Assembly: GCA_003235365.1 (NCBI GenBank)
Contig: QJWJ01000223.1
Location: 1,127 to 65,126 of the forward strand
Origin: Deltaproteobacteria bacterium
GTDB lineage: Bacteria; Myxococcota_A; Polyangia; Polyangiales; Polyangiaceae
Direction of reading: 5' to 3'
DNA: 64,000 nt
Both the position numbers and the translations under genes were made by a program. Within the stretch, counting starts at the first letter, position 1, and every line of letters begins with the position of its first letter. The notes beneath the pieces were generated by a model. The model did no database searches. It saw only the letters and a program-made list of their open reading frames with translations, and had not been told where the DNA came from. Shown one piece after another: positions 8,174 through 18,954 of the stretch.

Positions 8174-10294
8174 TCAGTACTTCACGCCGAGGAATAGGCG
8201 CAGTGTCTGAGCCGTCTTGGGCGCGTCGACGCCGCGGGGGAGTTCGCGCTGTTCGCGGTTCTGGTAACCCATGCCGTCGAGCGGGAAGAGCACGCCGTAC
8301 TGGATTGCCGAGTAGAAGCCACCCATCGCGTCCGGCGTGTCGTTGAGCACGCCGTCTTTTGCCTGGAAATACAGGGTCGCGTCGAGCTCCAACCCGAGAT
8401 CCGCATCGTGACCCGGGGTCTGGACGAACTCGCTGGCGCGGGTCCAGATCGCTTGCACGCCGCCGCCGGCGCGCTGTCCGTCGGGGTCGCGGATGAAGTC
8501 GTACTCCACGCTGGGCCGAAACAGGTAGGTGCCTTGAATTCGCTGCAGCAGGTGCCGATTGAGGATCAAGTCGACCCGGTACGCCGGGTGAAAACGGAAG
8601 GTCGAGATCGTATCGTCGTTGATCTGGACTTCACCGGCGCCAGGAATGAGATTGCCTGCCACGTTCGGGTCGTAGGCGTCCGGATCGCCCGAGGCCCATG
8701 CGAAACCAAAACCGAGCCGCAAGCGATCTTCGACCAGCTTTTGCTCGAGTTCCGCTGCCACGCCGAACTGCGCGAGCTCGAGTGGCTCGGAGAGCCGGAA
8801 CGTCTCTTCGGTGTTCGGTGCGATCGAGGCACTCTCGATCGTGCCCAGAACACTCGCCGCTTCGACAGAGAAGCGGAACTTCTTGTACTTGAGCTCCAAC
8901 CACAGGTCGGGCACGTAGATCGTTGCGTCGCGGCGTGCGAAGTTGTCGGCCTGGGCGTCCGGGTTGCCGTCGGGCGTCACACCGCCGAGCTCCCCCGGCA
9001 GCGCCTGATCGTTAGCCAAGATCTGGCGGCGGTAGACGAAATACAGACCGCCGTTGACCACGAGGTTACCGCGCGCCAGCGCTGTCTTTTCCAGTGACGT
9101 CTGGTGGACGATGCGCAGCGAGTACTGATCGACGTCGTCGATCGACGCGCGGTCGTAGGGCTGCCCACCGGGGATCGGGCTGCCCGCCAGAGCTCCTTCG
9201 TTGACGAAGTCCCAGCTGGCGCCTACGAGCAAGTCCAGTGAGCGCAGACCCGTCGTGACCATGATGCGGTCGACCGTCGTCTGGTAGTCGTCGTCGAAAC
9301 CGTCACCGGCGTTGTAGAGCATGCCCAGGCCCCAGTGGTCTGGCATGCGCCCGAAGCGCAACTCGCCCAGCGGCGTAGTGTACTCGCCCCACGCGCGTTT
9401 GACGGCAACGCTGTCGGAGAAGCTGTTGCGAGAGCTGCTCGGCGGCACTTGGGTGCTGTCGTAGACGCCCAATTGGTTGTAGCCGCTACGTGGCTGGACT
9501 TCGAGGCTGCCGCTGTCACCGACGTCGAAGGCGTAGCCGTCGGGGGTGCTGCCGAGCACGAGATTGTCGAGCAGGTCGATCTGGCTGCGGATCCGCAGGT
9601 TGTCGGAGATGTGGATCTCCGGCGCGAGACGCAGGCGAAGGTTTGCGCTGTTTTGGGTGTTGTTCTGGCAGCCGTAGAGGTTGGTCAGGTCGTCGCTGTC
9701 GCCGCGGTCGGTTTCCGAAGCGGTGCAAAGCGTCGGTCCGTAGTCGTTACCGTTTGCGGCGGTGTAGCGTTTGTCGCTCGGTTGCGCCCAAATCGATTGG
9801 CTGGGCGTGTCGATGCGGCCCAAGGCGAACTGATGGAACAACTCCGCCCGCGTGCGGAAATCGCCGTGGAACTCGAGAGCCGGGCGCGCGTGGCTCCACC
9901 AGTCTTCGGCGAAGACGTTCGCCGTCGTCGACTTGGCCGGCGTCGAGGCTGGGGCTTCCGGCGCTTCCGTGGTCGCGGCGGGGGCTTCGGCGGCCGGTTG
10001 AGGAAAGGCCGGGGCTACCGCTCCGTCGGTAGGAAAGCTGTCGTTCAACGGCGCATCGGCCGGGTCGGCCTCGACAATCGAATCACCCTGCACCTCGGCG
10101 TCGGTCGCGCCATCCGCAGGTTGCTCTGCGGGCGGCGCCACCTCCGCGGGGGGTGGAGTGGCGTCGGCGGGGGCTGAGTCTTGCGCCGGGGGAGCCGTGG
10201 GTGGCTCGGGCTGTGCCGGAGCTTGGGCGCTCGCGATCAGAGGGGTGAGGGTGACGCCGACGAAAGTGAGCGCCGTGAGGCGAAGTCTCTGCAT
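8174..10294 (-). CDS. Large outer-membrane beta-barrel protein (porin-like, family not assigned)
   Basis: ATG at 10294 gives the signal peptide MQRLRLTALTFVGVTLTPLIASAQA. A ~130-aa Pro/Ala-rich linker follows, then a long region of alternating-hydrophobicity strands. The C-terminus LRLFLGVKY ends in an aromatic residue, as in OM barrels. Confidence 0.75.
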   Translation of the reverse strand: MQRLRLTALTFVGVTLTPLIASAQAPAQPEPPTAPPAQDSAPADATPPPAEVAPPAEQPADGATDAEVQGDSIVEADPADAPLNDSFPTDGAVAPAFPQPAAEAPAATTEAPEAPASTPAKSTTANVFAEDWWSHARPALEFHGDFRTRAELFHQFALGRIDTPSQSIWAQPSDKRYTAANGNDYGPTLCTASETDRGDSDDLTNLYGCQNNTQNSANLRLRLAPEIHISDNLRIRSQIDLLDNLVLGSTPDGYAFDVGDSGSLEVQPRSGYNQLGVYDSTQVPPSSSRNSFSDSVAVKRAWGEYTTPLGELRFGRMPDHWGLGMLYNAGDGFDDDYQTTVDRIMVTTGLRSLDLLVGASWDFVNEGALAGSPIPGGQPYDRASIDDVDQYSLRIVHQTSLEKTALARGNLVVNGGLYFVYRRQILANDQALPGELGGVTPDGNPDAQADNFARRDATIYVPDLWLELKYKKFRFSVEAASVLGTIESASIAPNTEETFRLSEPLELAQFGVAAELEQKLVEDRLRLGFGFAWASGDPDAYDPNVAGNLIPGAGEVQINDDTISTFRFHPAYRVDLILNRHLLQRIQGTYLFRPSVEYDFIRDPDGQRAGGGVQAIWTRASEFVQTPGHDADLGLELDATLYFQAKDGVLNDTPDAMGGFYSAIQYGVLFPLDGMGYQNREQRELPRGVDAPKTAQTLRLFLGVKY

Positions 10295-10601
10295 GTTCGA
10301 TGGTTCTCCGCCCTCCATGTAGGAGCGGCACGAAACGGCGGTGGTGTCGCACGCCGTGAAAAACCCTGTCAACGCCGGAGCGCCCCGCCGCTCGGCCGTA
10401 GGCGCGAATTTGAGCCAGGGATTGGGCCTGGGGCCCGGGAGGCCTCACTGGCGTGCGTTGCTGGGGGCGGTCCACCGGACCCGAGGCGCGTCGACCTGCC
10501 TCAGCGGGGCTGTTGACGCGACGGAATATTGCGGAGTTGCGCGCCCGTGTGACACCCTAGCCGCCAGTTTTCTGCGAATTCACTCAAAGGGGCAGCAAAC
10601 C

Positions 10602-12158
<1,557 letters not shown>

Positions 12159-12280
12159 TTCGAAATGGGTGTGCGCCCTCGTGGGGAATGCTCACAGGGA
12201 CACCTAGCAAACGGTCAGGCCCAAGGGAATGATGCAGCGCTGCGTGGGGCGGTACGTCAGGATGACGATGTCCCGCCCAC

Positions 12281-13072
12281 ATGCTCACCGCCTTCAAACC
12301 CACGACGCTGCTCCGCGCATTGCTCATGGTCTCGCTTCTGGGGCTGGGCAACGCGTCACTGGCTGGGGATGACGTCGCCGAACTCACTGCACGGCTGAAC
12401 GATGGCGCTTCGTCGGTGTCGGCGCGAGTGCGGGCTGCACTGCGCCTGGGGACGTTCCAACAGGCCTCGGCCCGGCGCGCCCTGGAGCGAGCTCTGCGCG
12501 ATCACGATGCGCAGGTGCGCGGCGCGGCGGCGGCTGCTCTGGGGAGGATCGGCGACGAACGTTCGCTGGCCGCCCTTCGCCCGTTGCTGGCGGACAGTTC
12601 CTCCACGGTTCGCCGCCAAGCGAGCACCTCCGTCACTCAACTCGAACAGGGCAAAGCGGTGCGTTCTGTCCACGTCGCGTTGGGCGTGGCGCAACCTCGG
12701 AGCCGCTCCGGGCGCTCACTTGGGCCGGTCATCGAGCGAGCGGCGCAGCGCGCGCTGCGCGACGTTCCCGGGGTTGAGTTGACCAGCAAAGATGCCGGCA
12801 GCGTGCAGTTGCTGCTCGAAGGGCAACTGGTTCGACTCGAGGGCAAGGCCGGCAACGGCTACTACGCCGTTTCGGCCAAAGTCGACTTCGTGATCACGTC
12901 GATGCCACAGCGCCTGATCCGCGGGCGCATGTCCGGGGCCGCGACGGTGCACGGCGAGGCGACCGCGGGACGTGATCGCAAGGCGTTGCGCGAGCTGCAT
13001 CGTGATGCCGTGGCCGCCGCCACTCAGAGCGCTCTGACTCAGGCCAGGGCAGCGCTCCGAGCCGACGACTGA
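12281..13072 (+). CDS. Secreted HEAT-repeat (PBS-lyase-like) protein
   Basis: Signal peptide MLTAFKPTTLLRALLMVSLLGLGNASLA. HEAT-like units RVRAALRLGTF, QVRGAAAAALGRIGDERSLAALRPLLADSSSTVRRQA. Confidence 0.65.
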   Translation: MLTAFKPTTLLRALLMVSLLGLGNASLAGDDVAELTARLNDGASSVSARVRAALRLGTFQQASARRALERALRDHDAQVRGAAAAALGRIGDERSLAALRPLLADSSSTVRRQASTSVTQLEQGKAVRSVHVALGVAQPRSRSGRSLGPVIERAAQRALRDVPGVELTSKDAGSVQLLLEGQLVRLEGKAGNGYYAVSAKVDFVITSMPQRLIRGRMSGAATVHGEATAGRDRKALRELHRDAVAAATQSALTQARAALRADD

Positions 13073-13173
13073 GCGAGTCGTCAGCGAGAGGCACGTCGCA
13101 GCGGGCGCGAGTGGTCGACTCACTTCGGTCGTTCTTGGATCAAGTCGCGTGCGGTTGTGTGTAGGCTGCGCAC

Positions 13174-14274
13174 GTGCGCGTCTTGTTCGTTTCGAAGCCG
13201 ATCCGCGAACCCTTCCACGACGGGAGCGCTTGCCTCGTGCGAGACGTGGCCTCGAACCTGCAGAGGTGGCAAGCGCGCGTCATGGGTGTTGCGGGTTCAC
13301 CGCCGTGGGAACTGGGCCCCAATCGTCCCGAAGTGGCCGCGGTCTACCGCGACGGTGGGCGCTACGCGCCGGCTCTGGCGGCCAACGTCCGCGCCATGGC
13401 TTACTTGCTCAAGGATACCTCCAGCGCGCTTTGGCACTTCGTGTTTGCGCCCAACGCGCGCTCGAGTGGTGTCATTCGCTGGTTGCGCCGCGCCCGGCGC
13501 GTGCCCGTCGTTCAGACCGTGGCCTCGCCACCGCGTAGCTTTGCCGCAGTGAGGGAGCTGCTGTTCGGGGACGTCGTGGTAGCGCAGAGCGAGTGGACCA
13601 AGGCCCGCATCGAGGACGCCGCGCCCGACGTGCGGGTCGAGATGATCCGCCCGCCTGCGCCGCAGATCGACGTTCCTGGCTCGTCGGACGTCCAGCGCGT
13701 GCGCGCGGGGCTCGGCTTGACGGAGGAGCAGCGGGTGTTCGTCTATCCCGGCGATCTCGAGTTCAGCCAAGGGGCGCAGGTGGTGGCGGACGCGGTCGCG
13801 CCCCTGACGGCGCGCGTGCCCAACGCGGTCGTCGTGTTCTCCTGCCGACGCAAGACGCCTCGAGCCGTCGAAGTCGAGGCCGAGCTGGCGCGGCGCTTGC
13901 CGAAGGATCAGGTGCGGTTTGCCGGAGAGTTGCCGAGTTTGCTTCCGCTGGTTGCCGGCGCCGACTGCGTGCTGTTCCCGGTGGAGGACCTGTGGGCAAA
14001 GGTGGACATACCCATTGCGATCTTGGAGTCTATGCGGCTGTCCGTTCCGGTGATTGTGCCGGACCGCGGGCCCCTCAGTGAACTGGTGGGGCCACTTCGC
14101 GTCAGCGCCAGTGGCGAGCCGGTTGCAGAAGCGGCGGCGCGCGTGGTTGCCGACGCCGCGCTGCGTACTGAAGTCGTCGCGTGTCAGGAGCGAACTCTTG
14201 GATCCGAGTTCGATGCTCGAAGTGTCGCGAGTCGGTACGAAGCGTTGTACGATGGCATTTGTCGTCGAGCGTGA
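13174..14274 (+). CDS. Glycosyltransferase, GT-B fold (family 4/1-like)
   Basis: 366 aa, GTG start. The N-terminus MRVLFVS and the C-terminal half (VYPGDLEFSQG, FPVEDLWAKVDIPIAILESMRLSVPVIV) resemble the EX7E region of GT4 enzymes. Confidence 0.7.
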   Translation: MRVLFVSKPIREPFHDGSACLVRDVASNLQRWQARVMGVAGSPPWELGPNRPEVAAVYRDGGRYAPALAANVRAMAYLLKDTSSALWHFVFAPNARSSGVIRWLRRARRVPVVQTVASPPRSFAAVRELLFGDVVVAQSEWTKARIEDAAPDVRVEMIRPPAPQIDVPGSSDVQRVRAGLGLTEEQRVFVYPGDLEFSQGAQVVADAVAPLTARVPNAVVVFSCRRKTPRAVEVEAELARRLPKDQVRFAGELPSLLPLVAGADCVLFPVEDLWAKVDIPIAILESMRLSVPVIVPDRGPLSELVGPLRVSASGEPVAEAAARVVADAALRTEVVACQERTLGSEFDARSVASRYEALYDGICRRA

Positions 14275-14351
14275 CTGGCCGCCGGGCCCGCAGCGCCGCT
14301 TCCTGATTGACGGCCGGCCCCCCCTAGATAGCCTCGACGAAGAGATCAAGC

Positions 14352-16373
14352 GTGACCGACGACGCCTCCCAGAGACTGGAGGACCCCGCAAACTCGGGTT
14401 CTCCGCCTTCACCGTTGCGTGCGGCGGAGGAGGCTCGTCCAGCGGACTCCGACAACTCTCCGACGGACGCTTGGTCGCATTCGACGGCTGAGCGAAACAG
14501 CGACGAACAGCGAAAGCTTCCCGAGGTGGCTCCGACGGAGCGTGACGAACCGTCAGACCACCCGAGTCTCGAGGGGCTCGAGGAACTCGTGCCGCCTCCT
14601 GACCCGCTGATTGGCACGCTCGTCGGCGAGCGCTATCGCGTGACGGACCTAATCGGTCGCGGTGGCATGGGCGCGGTGTATCGCGCCGAGCACGTGCACA
14701 TGCGCAAGAGCGTGGCGCTCAAGGTGCTGCACCGAGAAATGACGGCGCTCGACGAGGTCGTGGCGCGCTTCGAGCGTGAGGCCATCGCCGCAGGGCGTAT
14801 CGAACACCCCAACGTGGTTCAGGCTCGCGACTTCGGGCGTTTGCCGGATGGCGCGTTCTATCTGGTGCTCGAGTACGTCGAGGGTCGGGTGCTCGACCGC
14901 GTGCTGCGCGACGAAGGCGAAACGTTCAGCGTCGAACGCGTGCTGAACATCACCGGGCAGATCGCCGAAGCCCTGCAGGCGGCGCACGAGAAGAAGATCG
15001 TTCATCGCGATCTGAAACCAGACAACGTGATCCTCGTCGAGCGGGGCGACGAGCCAGAAGTCGTCAAGGTGCTGGACTTCGGCATCGCCAAGATCAGTGT
15101 TCACGAGCGACACACGGACCAACCGATTACCCAAGCTGGGACGGTCTTTGGAACTCCGGAGTACATGTCGCCGGAGCAGGCTGCGGGCCAGGCCGTCGAT
15201 CACCGCGGTGATCTCTACTCGCTGGGCCTGTTGATGTATCGGATGCTGGCAGGCAATCCGCCGTTCACGTCGACCGACGTTCAGGCGGTGTTGATGATGC
15301 AAATCACGCAGCCTCCGCCCGAAATCGATCGCGCCTTGCCCACCGAAGTGCACGAATTGCTCTTCGAGCTGCTCGAAAAGGATCCGGACGCTCGCATTCA
15401 GAGTGCGTCGGAGGTCGTGCAACGCGTGCTGGACATCCTGGGCGCCGAGCTGACGCCCTTGCAGTCGCGCACGCGGGCGAGGCTGGCCTCGATTTCTGCG
15501 CCAGATTTGGTTCGCCCCACTTGGGTCAACCGTCTGGATGCGGGACCGCTGGGGCGGCTGATCCCGGTTGCCGGGCAGCGCGTTCCGCTGTGGCGGTTGG
15601 GGTCGGTTGCTGGCATTGCGTTGATGGTCGGTGTCGCCGTGGTCTTGGCTACGGTTTGGAGCAAGCCTCGGGCGCACCAGCAGCCCGCACCCCCGGCGGT
15701 GGCGGCACGCTCCGCCGAGGTGCCCGTTTCTCTCGACAGCGCGCCGCTGCCGGACGTGGATCCCAAGGAAGACAAACTGCTGGGGCGGGCGTTCGTCGGG
15801 GACAAGCAGGCCGTGGCGGAGCTGGAGCTCAAGGCACCTGCGGAGCGCAGCGCGCGGGATTGGTTGGCCTTGGGTCGGGGTTACGCCAAGAACCGCCGGC
15901 TCAGCGACGCCATTGCGGCCTACAAGGCTGCCTTGGAGCTGCAACCGACGGTGGGCGAGGATGCCGTGTTGCGGCGCGACTTGTGGAGTGCAGCCAACGA
16001 TGGCGAAACCGCCGAGTTGGCGCTGAACCTCGCGGCGGACTACTTGGGGTCGCAGGGCGGGGATCTGTTGTACAAGATCTGGGTCGACACCAAGGACGTC
16101 ACGCCTGCGACTCAGCTGGCGCGCACGCTGTTGTACCGCAAGGACGTGCGCGACGCCGCGACGCCTGCGCTCCAGTTCTTGCTGTCGTGGCGCGAAGCCA
16201 TCGGGTGCGACGATTACTCGCGACTGCTCCCGCAAGCCGCACTGCACGCGGATCGTCGCGCCATCACGCTGCTCAAGCGCGCGCAGTTGCGCAACGAATG
16301 CGAGCTGCCCAAGGAGGTCCTGGACGCGGCGATCCTGGCTGCCAAGGACCGCTCCGAACCGGCGCCCTACTGA
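14352..16373 (+). CDS. Hanks-type Ser/Thr protein kinase with a TM segment and an extracytoplasmic TPR-like C-terminal domain
   Basis: Kinase motifs GRGGMGAVY, VALKVL, HRDLKPDNV, DFGIAK, GTPEYMSPE. TM segment is VAGIALMVGVAVVLATVW. The C-terminal region is TPR-like. Confidence 0.9.
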   Translation: MTDDASQRLEDPANSGSPPSPLRAAEEARPADSDNSPTDAWSHSTAERNSDEQRKLPEVAPTERDEPSDHPSLEGLEELVPPPDPLIGTLVGERYRVTDLIGRGGMGAVYRAEHVHMRKSVALKVLHREMTALDEVVARFEREAIAAGRIEHPNVVQARDFGRLPDGAFYLVLEYVEGRVLDRVLRDEGETFSVERVLNITGQIAEALQAAHEKKIVHRDLKPDNVILVERGDEPEVVKVLDFGIAKISVHERHTDQPITQAGTVFGTPEYMSPEQAAGQAVDHRGDLYSLGLLMYRMLAGNPPFTSTDVQAVLMMQITQPPPEIDRALPTEVHELLFELLEKDPDARIQSASEVVQRVLDILGAELTPLQSRTRARLASISAPDLVRPTWVNRLDAGPLGRLIPVAGQRVPLWRLGSVAGIALMVGVAVVLATVWSKPRAHQQPAPPAVAARSAEVPVSLDSAPLPDVDPKEDKLLGRAFVGDKQAVAELELKAPAERSARDWLALGRGYAKNRRLSDAIAAYKAALELQPTVGEDAVLRRDLWSAANDGETAELALNLAADYLGSQGGDLLYKIWVDTKDVTPATQLARTLLYRKDVRDAATPALQFLLSWREAIGCDDYSRLLPQAALHADRRAITLLKRAQLRNECELPKEVLDAAILAAKDRSEPAPY

Positions 16374-16398
16374 GAGAGCAACGCTTTCGCCGGTCGAG

Positions 16399-18717
16399 TC
16401 ATCGAACGGGGGAGCGGGAAGCGGCGCGCCGCAGCGTTCGATAGCTGTCGCCCAGGTAGAAGTCGACGAGGAACCCCACGCGAACCAACAGATCGTCGAA
16501 CGCGGCTGGGCTGGTCCCGCGTTGTTGTTCGATGGCGGTCAGCAGCGACAGATTTTCGAGACGCGTGGCGACCCGGATGTAGTCGGTTCGCGAAAGGAGC
16601 ATGGCCCGCAGCGCGGCCGTCAGATCACCGGTTGCGACCAGGCCCGCTCGGTCCGCCGTCAATTGCGCGAAACGGCTGGCCTCCAGGAGCTGTTCGTTGG
16701 CTTGCCCGAGATCGCTGCGCTGGGGATCTTTCGACGGCGCGTTGAGGGTTGCCGAGACGTTGCGCACGGCGCTCGCCACACGACTGACTTGGGGCAGGCT
16801 CAGCTTGGCGGTGATCATCCCCAGACGATCAGCCAACTTCAGCCCTGCCACGACGGGCAGCAGGCTCAGCGTGATGTCCAGCGCTTGGCGGCTCTTGTCG
16901 ATCACGCCGCGGGTGACGTCACTCGGCGCGAGCCGCGGGTGCTCCAAACGCAAGTGAGCGAGTTCGGACGCGATCGAAAACGACAACTCCGAGGGAGTCA
17001 TGTAGTAGCGACTGCGTGTATCCAAGTGCTGTCCACCGACGAGCAGCACGTTCGTATCGCTCGCGAACGACCGCAAGCCCACGTCGTCATGGCCGCGCGA
17101 GACGAACACGTCGACGTGACCCAAGCCCAGTAGTGTGGCGGCTTCGTCCGTCACGCTCGCCACCATCGAGTCGCTCTCGGTGACGCGTTCACAGTACAGC
17201 TTGAGCGTCGCGAAGTCGGGCCGTTGGGGCTTGGCCGCCAGCTTGCCGACGCGGAACAACAGCTTCTCTTCGCGTCGCAGCAAGGGGTGAACGAGTTGTT
17301 GCAGCTCCTCGGGCGTCAGCGCGTCCAGTGACCGCACTTCGGCGCTCGAATGGCCCGCCGCGCTGCCCGGATCGCGCAGAACGTGATGCACTTCCCTCGC
17401 GGCAGCGAGCAGGGCCGGATCGTTGGCCGCCGCCTGCACGTCCCGCAGCGCTCGATCATCCAGCGGCGCCAGGGTGAGTCGGGCGAGGGCGGCGCGTTCG
17501 CGCTCGTTCGCATCCGCGGCCAAGTCGTGGCGCAACCGGGTTTGGAGCAGCCGCACTTCGTACCACGGCGAGCGAGGCAAGTCCGTCGGCAAGTCGACGT
17601 CGGCCAGGGTCGCCGGCGGCAACAGCTGCGATAGTTCGCCCAGCTGCGTTCGGGCCATCGTGTGTTCGTCCCAACGAAAGAGCCGTTCACAGTGGGCCAG
17701 TCGCAAGCTGATGTGTTGCGGGCGAATGTCTTCCGGTTTCGAGGGCAATGCCGTCAGTTGTTCGCTGAGCAGCAGGGCTGAAGGGGCCCAGGCTGGATCG
17801 AGCGGCAACCGTCGAAACAGCGGTTGTGCCTCTTGGGCCGACAGTTGCCAGTCGTTCCACAGCCGCGCGAGCCGCTGATGATCTTGCGGCGGCTGCGGCG
17901 GCGCGGTGGGATCTTGGGGGTCTTCGGGGACGAGCGCCAAGCACAACAGTGCTGCATCGGAGTCATCGTTGGCCGTTGCGCGAAGTTGCTGACGCACCCA
18001 CGCGCCGTGCGCCGCGCGATCTCGCAGCCACATCGACCGCGCGAGCTGCAGGCGGCGGCTCGTACCGCTCTGGCTTGCAGCTTCGGCGACCAGTTTCACG
18101 TCTGCCGCCGACGCGGGCGACTTGAGCTCCAAATCTCCGACTCGCCATTTGCCGGCGTCGGCCACGACGTTCTTTTCCGTCATGGTGCGCGTGGCGACGT
18201 CGCCAGCGTCGGAAACTGCGACCAACGTCGTGGAGTCTTCGGTCAGCACCAGCCACCACGGCTTCTTCCAAGCGCCGAGCACTCTGGATTCACCTTCGTG
18301 AGCGGCACGCAGCTGCAGCCAGGCGAGGGGTTCGTGCCCCCCGCAGCTGGCGAACAATCCGGCGCGCGTCGTGCGACTGGGCGAACCGCACAGCGGTGGG
18401 TCGGCAGCCGGTTCCGGATCAGGCTGTCCGATGCGACACAATCCGACGATTTCGAGCGCTGAGGAGAGCTTGTGCCGCGGGATGCGGTAGCTGGCCTCGG
18501 CAATCTCGAGCTCCGCGAGCAGCCCAGCACTGCGCAAGGCGAAGTGGGTGCGCGGCAAGAGCACGCGTGGCTCGGTTCCTTCCAGCTGCAGCAGCGCGCG
18601 CCGACCGTCCCAACTCAGAACGGTCGATTTACCGTCCGTCGTGCCCAGCACCACTTGCAGCGGCCGCCCCGTGGCGTCCACCGACTCGATGGCGGTGTTG
18701 GTATGGCCAGATCCCAC
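16399..18717 (-). CDS. Large conserved-hypothetical protein with a C-terminal M48-peptidase-like domain carrying substituted metal ligands
   Basis: The ORF runs 16399..18927. I favour the GTG at 18717 (preceded by acaagggtcgtgtc) because the upstream 70 codons are Arg/Gly-rich. A start at 18927 would also leave only 27 bp to the divergent alaS. C-terminal motifs are SELAHLRLEH and SRFAQLTADRAGL. Confidence 0.6.
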   Translation of the reverse strand: MGSGHTNTAIESVDATGRPLQVVLGTTDGKSTVLSWDGRRALLQLEGTEPRVLLPRTHFALRSAGLLAELEIAEASYRIPRHKLSSALEIVGLCRIGQPDPEPAADPPLCGSPSRTTRAGLFASCGGHEPLAWLQLRAAHEGESRVLGAWKKPWWLVLTEDSTTLVAVSDAGDVATRTMTEKNVVADAGKWRVGDLELKSPASAADVKLVAEAASQSGTSRRLQLARSMWLRDRAAHGAWVRQQLRATANDDSDAALLCLALVPEDPQDPTAPPQPPQDHQRLARLWNDWQLSAQEAQPLFRRLPLDPAWAPSALLLSEQLTALPSKPEDIRPQHISLRLAHCERLFRWDEHTMARTQLGELSQLLPPATLADVDLPTDLPRSPWYEVRLLQTRLRHDLAADANERERAALARLTLAPLDDRALRDVQAAANDPALLAAAREVHHVLRDPGSAAGHSSAEVRSLDALTPEELQQLVHPLLRREEKLLFRVGKLAAKPQRPDFATLKLYCERVTESDSMVASVTDEAATLLGLGHVDVFVSRGHDDVGLRSFASDTNVLLVGGQHLDTRSRYYMTPSELSFSIASELAHLRLEHPRLAPSDVTRGVIDKSRQALDITLSLLPVVAGLKLADRLGMITAKLSLPQVSRVASAVRNVSATLNAPSKDPQRSDLGQANEQLLEASRFAQLTADRAGLVATGDLTAALRAMLLSRTDYIRVATRLENLSLLTAIEQQRGTSPAAFDDLLVRVGFLVDFYLGDSYRTLRRAASRSPVR

Positions 18718-18954
18718 GACACGACCCTTGTACCACGGAACCCACTCGAGGCAGCTCGCAGCATCGGTTTGCCGGGCAGCTGCGCCCCGTCTCGCTGCAT
18801 GGCCAGCTCCGCACCGCGCTGCCGGCTGCAGGAGCCGGTCCTCGCGTCGGATCGGCCCGCGGCTCGCCCGCGGGTTGCGCCCCCTTGCGCCTCGCGACGG
18901 CCGGTACAAGCCCTTCCATACCCCCACGAGACTTGTGCTACAGGGACGGCCGTC

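Noticed and set aside
13432-13448. Sigma-54-like TGGCAC...TTTGC
   Set aside because: It lies inside the glycosyltransferase CDS. The GG-to-GC spacing is two nucleotides longer than the -24/-12 consensus.
14649-16247. 532-aa reverse ORF
   Set aside because: It is antisense to the kinase gene 14352..16373, which has complete Hanks motifs.
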